Below, piece after piece: positions 1-7,546 of a DNA stretch of 64,000 bases (position 1 is the stretch's first letter; each line of letters begins with the position of its first letter). The translations under genes and the position numbers were made by a program. The notes beneath the pieces were generated by a model. The model was not told the origin of the DNA. It saw only the letters and a program-made list of their open reading frames with translations, and did not search any database. Source of the DNA: Candidatus Levyibacteriota bacterium (GTDB taxonomy: Bacteria; Patescibacteriota; Microgenomatia; Levybacterales; UBA12049); assembly GCA_016214555.1 (NCBI GenBank), contig JACROF010000002.1, forward strand, positions 136,125 to 200,124, in the 5' to 3' direction.

Positions 1-54
1 TCTCTTTCGCTATCAGCTATGCAGCAAATAAGCCAACCTCTCGGACTTTAACTC

Positions 55-318
55 TTGCTACAAAAGCTACAAGCATCTTATACTCATAATATGAGAGAGA
101 TGGTTGTAAAACATGCAAAGAAAAAATCGTTCCATGGCCTAGCTGCTTCAAGTTTTGTAGCTGGAATTTTTTGGGCATTAGGGGTAACTATCGGATTCTC
201 AATCTTTATTGCAATACTTAGCCTCCTTTCTCAATACCTCACGTATATTCCCTTTATCGGACCGTTTATCTCTGGTTTTCTCAACTTTCTTCTTTCTTTC
301 AACAACGCAGTCAGATAA
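55..318 (+). CDS. hypothetical small membrane protein (2 predicted TM helices)
   Basis: 87-aa ORF with a hydrophobic C-terminal half (IFWALGVTIGFSIFIAIL...). An in-frame stop lies upstream at 49-51. No family recognised. Confidence 0.3.
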   Translation: MLQKLQASYTHNMREMVVKHAKKKSFHGLAASSFVAGIFWALGVTIGFSIFIAILSLLSQYLTYIPFIGPFISGFLNFLLSFNNAVR

Positions 319-328
319 ACTTTATTCG

Positions 329-1039
329 ATGGACGATCATGCATTTCATACCGATATCTTCTTTGACGTTGATAGCACCATCGTAACTTTTGAAGGTATT
401 GATTATCTAGGTGAACAAAAAGGGGTGGGGGAAGATGTAACGCGCCTTACCGATCTTGCTATGAATGGAAAACTCCGCATGGAACAAGTTTTTGAAGAAA
501 AAATCAACCTTGTTTCGCCTTCAAAAAAAGAACTTCAAACACTCTCACATATCTACCTTACCAACATGACTCCTGGTGCAGAGGTGGTGATGGAGATACT
601 CACCTCACTTAATAAAAAAGTGTATCTTATTTCAGGAGGATTTCTTGATGCAATACTACCGCTTTCAAGAAAATTGGGATTGCCTAAGAAAAACATTTTT
701 GCTAATCGTATTTCTTTTAAAGCAGATGGTAAGTTTGACAGTCTGGATATGGGAAATCCTTTAGTCACTTCTCAGGGTAAAAAAACTATCATTAGCAAGC
801 TAAAAATTGGCAAAAATGCAGCTTTCATAGGAGATGGAGCAACTGATCTTACAACAGCTTCAATTGTCAAAACATTTATTGGGTTTGGAGGTGTTGCCAA
901 ACGAACATCAATCCGAGAAAAGGCAGAGCACTACATAACAGAAAAAAACCTCATTCCAGTACTACGATATATATTGACACCTCAAGAAAAGAACTATGTT
1001 ATCAAATCGCATCCTCACATCAGACGCTTTTTCTACTAA
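329..1039 (+). CDS. HAD-superfamily hydrolase, phosphoserine phosphatase-like
   Basis: Start moved to the ATG at 329 (MDDHAF...). Carries the DVDSTIV (DxDxT) motif I, a K motif and the C-terminal GDGATD motif typical of SerB-like HAD phosphatases. Confidence 0.6.
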   Translation: MDDHAFHTDIFFDVDSTIVTFEGIDYLGEQKGVGEDVTRLTDLAMNGKLRMEQVFEEKINLVSPSKKELQTLSHIYLTNMTPGAEVVMEILTSLNKKVYLISGGFLDAILPLSRKLGLPKKNIFANRISFKADGKFDSLDMGNPLVTSQGKKTIISKLKIGKNAAFIGDGATDLTTASIVKTFIGFGGVAKRTSIREKAEHYITEKNLIPVLRYILTPQEKNYVIKSHPHIRRFFY

Positions 1040-1086
1040 ATTGTCGAGCTTTATTCTAGAGGGTATTTTTGGTATAGTACAGCTGT

Positions 1087-2487
1087 ATGGATGAACAATC
1101 TCAGTTAAAAGATCACAAGCAAATTGGTCGCGAGCAAGAATTATTTTTTACCCACGACTATGCTCCAGGAGCGCCTTTTTGGCTTCCAAATGGCATGGTA
1201 ATTTTTAAGGAACTTGAAAAATATATCAGAGAGCTTACGCACGCTGCTGGATATCAAGAGACTTCCACTCCCATCATGGTAAAAAGCCAATTATTTAAAG
1301 AGTCAGGTCACTGGACAAAATTTGGAAAAGGTTTCGATGAGATGTATAACTTGTCTGTTTGGGAAGAAAGCGAAGCCGAGGCTGTTGGCAAAGCAATGGA
1401 AAAAGCAGAGACTCGCGATGCGATTGTAAAAGAAATTGGTAAAATAGAAAATAGACAACCTTTCCTTTATCCTTTAATTGTTGATGGACAAACTGCAGAT
1501 GTCTATGTTCTACCTACAAACACAGGTGATTCATTTAATTATGCTCTGCCAGTCAATTATTCACTCAAGCCTATGAACTGTCCTGAATCCACAATCCTTT
1601 ACAGATTTAAAACACGAAGCTATAAAGATCTACCTATCAGGCTATCAGAAATTGGAAGACTCCATCGCAGGGAAAAATCAGGTGAAGTCAATGGACTTTT
1701 GAGGGTACGACAACTGACAATGGACGATGCGCATATCTATGCGCGAGAAGATCAGATCTTTGATGAAGTCTCAAGCATCTTAGATATGATGACGAAATTT
1801 TATGAAAGTTTTGGTTTTTCGTATGAATTCAGATTTGCTACTCGCCCTGAGACAAGAGCAGGAACGGACGAGATGTGGGACAAGGCTGAAAAAGACCTCG
1901 AGGACGTTCTTAAGAAAAGAGGGATAAAAGCTGGGGACAAAAAGGGTGATGGGGCTTTTTACGGACCAAAAATTGACCTTCACATCAAAGACTCATTAGG
2001 TCGCGAATGGCAGCTTGCTACAGTACAACTAGATTTCCATCAGCCAGAAGCATTCAAGCTCGCCTACGTTGATGAAGAAGGAAAAGATGTAAGACCAGTC
2101 ATGATCCACCGTGCTATTTTTGGATCATTTGAGCGGTTTATTGGCATTTTGACAGAACATACCCAGGGAGCATTTCCTGTCTGGCTCTCTCCAGTCCAAG
2201 TAACAATACTTCCGATTGCAGACAGACACTACGATTATGCGCAAAAGGTAGCAGAACAGATACAAGAGGCAGGTATCAGAGTGGTGATTAATAACAAACA
2301 CGAGACCCTCCAGGCCAAAATCCGTGAGGCTACTTTACAAAAAGTACCATTTATGGGTATAATAGGGGACAAAGAGATAGCAGCTAATGCTATTTCTGTT
2401 CGTTTGCGAACTGGGGAAGATCAAGGTAGCCTTGAAATTTCCCACTTTTTGCAAATGGTAAGAGAAAACATTGATAAGAAGAAATAG
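1087..2487 (+). CDS. thrS: threonyl-tRNA synthetase, catalytic plus anticodon-binding domains only (no N-terminal editing domains)
   Basis: Class II aaRS motifs; HRAIFGSFERFIGILTEH matches ThrRS motif 3. Sits in the conserved thrS-infC-rpmI-rplT-pheST context. At 466 aa it is far shorter than the ~640 aa of canonical ThrRS. Confidence 0.9.
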   Translation: MDEQSQLKDHKQIGREQELFFTHDYAPGAPFWLPNGMVIFKELEKYIRELTHAAGYQETSTPIMVKSQLFKESGHWTKFGKGFDEMYNLSVWEESEAEAVGKAMEKAETRDAIVKEIGKIENRQPFLYPLIVDGQTADVYVLPTNTGDSFNYALPVNYSLKPMNCPESTILYRFKTRSYKDLPIRLSEIGRLHRREKSGEVNGLLRVRQLTMDDAHIYAREDQIFDEVSSILDMMTKFYESFGFSYEFRFATRPETRAGTDEMWDKAEKDLEDVLKKRGIKAGDKKGDGAFYGPKIDLHIKDSLGREWQLATVQLDFHQPEAFKLAYVDEEGKDVRPVMIHRAIFGSFERFIGILTEHTQGAFPVWLSPVQVTILPIADRHYDYAQKVAEQIQEAGIRVVINNKHETLQAKIREATLQKVPFMGIIGDKEIAANAISVRLRTGEDQGSLEISHFLQMVRENIDKKK

Positions 2488-3091
2488 ATTTCAACAAAAC
2501 CCAAGGTATCAATACCGAATCAACGAGCGTATTTCTGCTCCAACGCTTCGGGTTTTGGATCTTGAAGGAAAACAAATCGGCGTTCTTTCACGTCTTGAAG
2601 CATTACAGCTTGCAAGAGAAAGATCACTTGATTTGGTTGAGGTAGCAGCTCAAGCTAAGCCTCCGGTCGTAAAAGTAATCGATTTTAATAAGTTTCTCTA
2701 TCAACAAGCAAAGAAGAAACAGGAAGAAAAACGAAAGGCCAAGGTATCAGAGACCAAAGAAATTCGACTTGGACCATTTATGTCTAGTAATGACATACAA
2801 GTAATGGTCAGAAGAGGAAGAGAATTTCTTGAAGACGGAGACAAGATTAGACTCGTTCTCAAATTTAGAGGACGACAGATAATTCATCCTGAATTTGGTC
2901 ATGCTATAATAGCCAAAGTTATTTTAGCCCTTGAGGATATCTCAAAGGTTGAGAGAAGCGCACATATGGAAGGCAAGCAACTTGTTGCACTGCTTTCACC
3001 AGAAAGGAAAAAAACCTCTGATGCTAAAACCAAAGAGGACAAACAAAATGCCGAAGAAAAAGATAAAGGACTCAGTAGCAAAACGCTTTAA
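2471..3091 (+). CDS. infC: translation initiation factor IF-3
   Basis: RINERISAPTLRVLDLEGKQIGVLS...LDLVEV matches the IF3 N- and C-domains. The first codon at 2471 is TTG, followed by ATA; there is no AUG. It overlaps the thrS stop. Confidence 0.85.
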   Translation: MIRRNRFQQNPRYQYRINERISAPTLRVLDLEGKQIGVLSRLEALQLARERSLDLVEVAAQAKPPVVKVIDFNKFLYQQAKKKQEEKRKAKVSETKEIRLGPFMSSNDIQVMVRRGREFLEDGDKIRLVLKFRGRQIIHPEFGHAIIAKVILALEDISKVERSAHMEGKQLVALLSPERKKTSDAKTKEDKQNAEEKDKGLSSKTL

Positions 3092-3245
3092 AGTTACCAA
3101 GACGGGCAAAGTATTATTTGCTCATCAGTATGGTAGCCACAAAAAACTCCTTAAGTCAAAAAGAAGAATCCGAAGACAAAAAGAGACAGGTATTTTGACT
3201 GGGGAATTTGCTAAAAAGATCAAACAAATGTTAGGAGAAGCTTAA
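3048..3245 (+). CDS. rpmI: 50S ribosomal protein L35
   Basis: MPKKKIKDSVAKRFKVTKTGKVLF... is a typical L35. The internal ATG at 3048 is used; the N-extended ORF 2931..3245 is rejected. Confidence 0.85.
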   Translation: MPKKKIKDSVAKRFKVTKTGKVLFAHQYGSHKKLLKSKRRIRRQKETGILTGEFAKKIKQMLGEA

Positions 3246-3248
3246 TAT

Positions 3249-3599
3249 ATGGCTAGAATTAAAAGAGGTGTCGTATCACGACGAAGACATAATAAATTGC
3301 TCGGCCTTACAAAAGGATATCGAGGTACAAAATCACGACTTGTTAAGATGGCACATGAAGCGTCACTTCATGCTGGCGCATATGCATATCATGGTCGAAA
3401 ACTTCGAAAAAGAGACTTCAGAACACTTTGGATTACTCGTATTAGTGAGGCTGTCAAACAGCAAGATATGTCCTACAGTGTTTTCATGAATAAACTGAAA
3501 AAGGCACATGTTGAGCTTGATCGAAAAATCCTCAATGATATTTTGGTCAATGATCCTGCAACATTTACAAAACTGGTTGATAAAGTTAGAGGGCTCTAA
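3249..3599 (+). CDS. rplT: 50S ribosomal protein L20
   Basis: MARIKRGVVSRRRHNKLLGLTKGYRG... is the canonical L20 N-terminus. Confidence 0.92.
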   Translation: MARIKRGVVSRRRHNKLLGLTKGYRGTKSRLVKMAHEASLHAGAYAYHGRKLRKRDFRTLWITRISEAVKQQDMSYSVFMNKLKKAHVELDRKILNDILVNDPATFTKLVDKVRGL

Positions 3600-3631
3600 A
3601 AGTTCTCGTTGTAACACTTTGTCAACCACAT

Positions 3632-3651
3632 CCCCGCAAGGGGATTTTTTT
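3632..3651 (+). terminator. rho-independent terminator after rplT
   Basis: CCCCGCAAGGGG hairpin followed by ATTTTTTT. Confidence 0.6.
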
Positions 3652-3702
3652 ATGCCTGTCTCGCCGAAGTTTTAACGAAGGCGGAGAAGGGAGGTGAAAA
3701 AA

Positions 3703-3921
3703 ATGACAGAAATAGCAATACGATGCTGTGAGGGCAATGAAAGATACAAAGGAGAATGTCTCAAAGACAGGTGCCCAGTGTATTCTCAAGCAAGAAGAGA
3801 GGTTGATAGATCTTGGCCATATGTTGGTACAGGATTTGGAAACCTATACGGCAACCCAGAAGAGAGCACATACCTTGCTCAAACAAGAGGCTTGGTTGCA
3901 AGCAAAAAATCAGAACAGTAA
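3703..3921 (+). CDS. hypothetical 72-aa Cys-rich small ORF (module A of the tandem pair); coding status uncertain
   Basis: Strong SD GGGAGGTG lies 7 nt before ATGACAGAAAT. N-terminus has five Cys (RCCEG..GEC..RCP). DNA-level homology to module B at 4211..4429 is interrupted by frameshifts, which could mean a structured RNA rather than a protein. Confidence 0.3.
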   Translation: MTEIAIRCCEGNERYKGECLKDRCPVYSQARREVDRSWPYVGTGFGNLYGNPEESTYLAQTRGLVASKKSEQ

Positions 3922-3944
3922 AAAATTCTGACCTGTCGACTACT

Positions 3945-3965
3945 GGGTTAATTAATAGGCCACCC
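3945..3965. repeat. 21-nt motif GGGTTAATTAATAGGCCACCC, copy 1
   Basis: Identical to 4440..4460. Lies 24 nt after small ORF A. Confidence 0.8.
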
Positions 3966-4109
3966 GAAGTTGACAGATAAACATGCTATTGCTAGTATTA
4001 ATTACATATGACATTTTCTAAAAATTATTTTTGGTTTTACTTTACTCCCCCCGGGGGAGGTTCGTTAGTGGAGTAATCCGCTATTGAAAAGGTAAAACCT
4101 TTGAACCAA

Positions 4110-4132
4110 CCCCGATACGTCGGGGTTTTTTT
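4110..4132 (+). terminator. rho-independent terminator-like hairpin at the start of module B
   Basis: CCCCGA-TACG-TCGGGG followed by TTTTTTT. The 25 nt upstream resemble the sequence upstream of the 3632 terminator. Confidence 0.55.
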
Positions 4133-4210
4133 ATGGCAATAGTCGCTATTTGTGGAAATATGGAAGGGCTTGCCCTTCCGTAGCTTTAGCGAAAGAGGGA
4201 GGTGATACAT

Positions 4211-4429
4211 ATGACAGAAATGCAACCAGGAATAGAGCATACAATCAATATAGATACAAGAAGGGAAGTGGTACTTGCCAGCAATTCTTTAGTAACAGCT
4301 AAAGAAATTGAGATGAGAAACACTGCACTTGAACACATGCGATCAAGTGATGCTATGGAGAGACTGCTTCGGATTGGCCAGACAAGAGAGGGTCTTGCTG
4401 CCATTGTAGCAATGCATGGGCAAAAATAG
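4211..4429 (+). CDS. hypothetical 72-aa small ORF (module B of the tandem pair); coding status uncertain
   Basis: SD AGGGAGGTGA plus ATGACAGAAAT, same length as ORF A. The predicted protein is helical and unrelated to ORF A beyond the MTE start. Confidence 0.3.
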   Translation: MTEMQPGIEHTINIDTRREVVLASNSLVTAKEIEMRNTALEHMRSSDAMERLLRIGQTREGLAAIVAMHGQK

Positions 4430-4439
4430 ATTTATTGTG

Positions 4440-4460
4440 GGGTTAATTAATAGGCCACCC
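4440..4460. repeat. 21-nt motif GGGTTAATTAATAGGCCACCC, copy 2
   Basis: Identical to 3945..3965. Here it is embedded in a TGTGGGG...CCCCACA stem-loop. Confidence 0.8.
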
Positions 4461-4501
4461 CACAACTAGTCATTTTCTCCGAGGCTGAACTATGCTAAAG
4501 T

Positions 4502-5566
4502 ATGCTTATGGAACAAGAACTGATGACTATTAAAAACAACGCTGTTTCGCTGATCCTTGACGCAGGCTCTGAAAAAGAGCTTCAGGAGATAAAACTGCAA
4601 TTCTTAGGAAAAAGCGGAGCTCTTACTGTGGCTCTAAAGGAAATAACAAAACTTCCGCAAGAATCCCGTCCTGAAATTGGCAAACTCGCTAATGAGGTTA
4701 AAAAAATTATTGAAGAATCAATCGAAAATGCTACTCAGAATTTCAAATCCAAAAAAATTGAAAAGATTAAAAAGATTGATGTTACAGAACCAGGAATAAG
4801 ACCAGCACTTGGCCATCTCCATTTAGTAACTCAAGCGATAGAGGAAATAACAACTATTTTTGAAAAAATTGGTTTTACCAGAGTAAGTTATCCCGAAATT
4901 GAGTATGATTGGTATGCTTTTGAAGCTCTCAACTTCCCAGAAAACCATCCAGCAAGAGACGATTGGGAAACATTTTTTATTGACCAAACACCAGACCCAA
5001 AAAAAGGACCAATTCTTCTAACACCACACACCTCAAGTGGCCAGATACGAGAGATGGAAAAACAAGTTGCACTCCAAAAACAACACGGTAATGACATCTC
5101 TATTCGCATGCTCAACATAGCTAAAACATACAGGCGTCAATCTGATGCATCTCATGTACCAATGTTTCATCAATTTGAGACGCTTGTTGTTGGAAAAGAT
5201 ATCTCAATCACACATCTCAAAGGGGTTTTGGACTATTTTGTTAAATCATACTTTGGTGAAAGTAGAAAATCACGCATCAGACCATATCATTTTCAATTTA
5301 CCGAACCGTCATTTGAGACAGATGTTTCTTGTGGAGTCTGCAATGGCAAAGGTTGCAAGCTCTGCAAGGAAGGCTGGCTTGAACTAGGTGGGGCTGGTAT
5401 GGTTCATCCAAATGTTTTGCAAAACTGTGGTCTTGATCCCAAAAAATACAAAGGTTTTGCATCAGGTTGGGGAGTGGAAAGAGTACTGACGATGAAAGAA
5501 GGACTCAAGCTAGACGATATTCGCATGCTCTACTCAAATAATATCGAATTTCTCGAACAATTTTAA
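4502..5566 (+). CDS. pheS: phenylalanyl-tRNA synthetase alpha subunit
   Basis: C-terminal class II core FQFTEPSFETDV...GWGVERV. Conserved position before pheT. Confidence 0.9.
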   Translation: MLMEQELMTIKNNAVSLILDAGSEKELQEIKLQFLGKSGALTVALKEITKLPQESRPEIGKLANEVKKIIEESIENATQNFKSKKIEKIKKIDVTEPGIRPALGHLHLVTQAIEEITTIFEKIGFTRVSYPEIEYDWYAFEALNFPENHPARDDWETFFIDQTPDPKKGPILLTPHTSSGQIREMEKQVALQKQHGNDISIRMLNIAKTYRRQSDASHVPMFHQFETLVVGKDISITHLKGVLDYFVKSYFGESRKSRIRPYHFQFTEPSFETDVSCGVCNGKGCKLCKEGWLELGGAGMVHPNVLQNCGLDPKKYKGFASGWGVERVLTMKEGLKLDDIRMLYSNNIEFLEQF

Positions 5567-5592
5567 AAATAGGGGTGAAACCCCTAAAAACT

Positions 5593-7545
5593 ATGAATAT
5601 AAAAATACTTGATAGTTGGTTAAAAGAATATCTCAAGACAAAAGCGACTGCAAAAGATATCGCAAAATATATGTCTCTCTCAAGTGTCTCAATTGAAAGG
5701 ATTGAGCAACACAACGATGACCGCCTCTACGATATAGAAGTGACAACAAATCGCCCAGACCTCATGTCCGTTGTTGGTCTTGCTCGTGAAGCAGGTGCAG
5801 TTCTTCCCCAGTCTGGAATTGACGCAGCTTTTCTTCCTCCAACGATTGAAAAAAAACAGAAAACAAAAGAAGATTTGCCACTAAAAATTATCAATGACAA
5901 CTCACTTGTTTATCGGGTTTGCGCAGTAGTCATGGATGTCACAATCAAAAAATCTTCGCCTACAATAACTGAAAGACTTGAAGCATCAGACATCAGAAGT
6001 CTCAATAATGTAATTGATATTACCAATTATGTAATGAGAACTATTGGCCACCCAGCTCATGTTTTTGATTATGATCGAATTGCAGGGCACACTCTTAAGA
6101 TACGTGAATCAATTCGAGGTGAGATGATTACAACGCTTGATAATAAATCATATACTTTGCCAGGTGGAGACATCATTGCAGAAGATGGGGACGGGAATAT
6201 CGTAGATCTCTTAGGAATAATGGGGCTTGAGAATAGCGTAGTAACTGATGATACCAAAAGAATCATCTTTTTTATTAATAACAACAACCCTCACAAAATT
6301 CGTAAAACATCTATGGGACTTGGCATCAGGACTGAAGCTGCTCAAATGAATGAAAAAATGATTGATGCAGAACTTGCTATGGATGCTCTTCTTTTCGGCA
6401 TCGATTCCTATAAGGAACATGCTGATGCAAAAATTGTATCCGAAATTTTTGATATATATCCAAAACCGTATAAAACAAAAAGGGTGAGTGTTAAGCTCGC
6501 TCATATACAACAAGTAATTGGTATCCCACTACCCCTTAAAGAAGCGGAAAGCACTCTTAAAAAATTAGGCTTTGGAGTTGAGATCTCAGATGAAGTCATA
6601 ACCGCAAGCGTTCCGTCATTTCGAGCATCTGATATTGATATTCCCGAAGATCTTATTGAAGAAATTGCCAGAGTTTATGGATACCACAATCTTCCAAGCA
6701 TACTTCCTCCTGCCAACTTTATTGAACCAGTCAATTTTGGAGCCAACAAATTTTATTGGGAGCAACGCGTTAAAAACAGTATGAAATACTGGGGATTTGA
6801 CGAAGTCTACACCTACCCTATGGTCTCAGAGAGCATGTATGAAGCGCCAAGCAGTGAAGCAGTACGACTTGCTAATCCACTTGGGGAGGATTTTGTATAC
6901 ATGAGGACAACACTTGTCCCAAGTCTATTAAAAGTAATGCAGCAAAATACAAAAGCAAAGGAAATGCGAGTTTTTGAAATTGCGAATGTTTATTATAAAA
7001 GTGAGAACACATTACCCAATGAAAAAAAGGTTTTTGCAGGACTTATTAAAAAACCACATGTTTCATTTTTTGAGATTAAGGGACTTATTGAACAGGTGGC
7101 ACTAGATCTTGGTATCCCAAAGATTACTTGTTCGTCTCTTGATTCATCAGGGCTTGAAACCTCCATACTTCTTGACAAAAAATCTCTTGGGACAATAGAG
7201 ATACTTGATGAAGATCTTATCAATTTTGAGCTCAATTTTGAAACACTTGTCTCACACGCTACACTTCACAAAACCTACACACCTATTGCAAAACATCCAC
7301 CAATTGTTGAGGACATCTCGGTGATTATTGATGACTCAGTAACAAGTGAAACTATTATCAAAACAATTAAGGAGACAGACAGACTTGTTACATCAGTAAC
7401 ACTTCTTGATCGATATCAAGACACGAGGACATTTCATATTACCTATCAAGATCCAGAAAAAAATCTAACATCAAAAGATGTATCAGAAGTTAGAGCAGCA
7501 ATCATAGAGAGCCTTACTAAAAACTTTCAGGCAGTTATCAAATAG
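5593..7545 (+). CDS. pheT: phenylalanyl-tRNA synthetase beta subunit (short form)
   Basis: Begins MNIKILDSWLKEYL (B3/4 domain start). ATG at 5593 preferred over GTG at 5575. An AGGGG-TGAAA-CCCCT hairpin lies between pheS and pheT. Confidence 0.85.
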   Translation: MNIKILDSWLKEYLKTKATAKDIAKYMSLSSVSIERIEQHNDDRLYDIEVTTNRPDLMSVVGLAREAGAVLPQSGIDAAFLPPTIEKKQKTKEDLPLKIINDNSLVYRVCAVVMDVTIKKSSPTITERLEASDIRSLNNVIDITNYVMRTIGHPAHVFDYDRIAGHTLKIRESIRGEMITTLDNKSYTLPGGDIIAEDGDGNIVDLLGIMGLENSVVTDDTKRIIFFINNNNPHKIRKTSMGLGIRTEAAQMNEKMIDAELAMDALLFGIDSYKEHADAKIVSEIFDIYPKPYKTKRVSVKLAHIQQVIGIPLPLKEAESTLKKLGFGVEISDEVITASVPSFRASDIDIPEDLIEEIARVYGYHNLPSILPPANFIEPVNFGANKFYWEQRVKNSMKYWGFDEVYTYPMVSESMYEAPSSEAVRLANPLGEDFVYMRTTLVPSLLKVMQQNTKAKEMRVFEIANVYYKSENTLPNEKKVFAGLIKKPHVSFFEIKGLIEQVALDLGIPKITCSSLDSSGLETSILLDKKSLGTIEILDEDLINFELNFETLVSHATLHKTYTPIAKHPPIVEDISVIIDDSVTSETIIKTIKETDRLVTSVTLLDRYQDTRTFHITYQDPEKNLTSKDVSEVRAAIIESLTKNFQAVIK

Positions 7546-7546
7546 C

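Noticed and set aside
553-768. Numerous 60-100-aa antisense or alternate-frame ORFs inside large genes (e.g. 553..768, 1780..1983, 6211..6513, 30422..30679, 33765..34216, 42878..43124)
   Set aside because: They are fully contained in well-supported genes on the opposite strand or another frame, with no RBS and biased composition from shadowing.
2931-3245. 104-aa ORF spanning the infC/rpmI junction
   Set aside because: Only the C-terminal 65 aa (from the ATG at 3048) match ribosomal protein L35. The N-terminal extension is the infC 3' end read in another frame.
4430-4501. T-box riboswitch upstream of pheS
   Set aside because: The conserved T-box sequence (AAUUAGGGUGGNACCGCG) and a specifier-loop context are not present. 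The GGTTAATTAATAGGCCACCC motif does not match on either strand.
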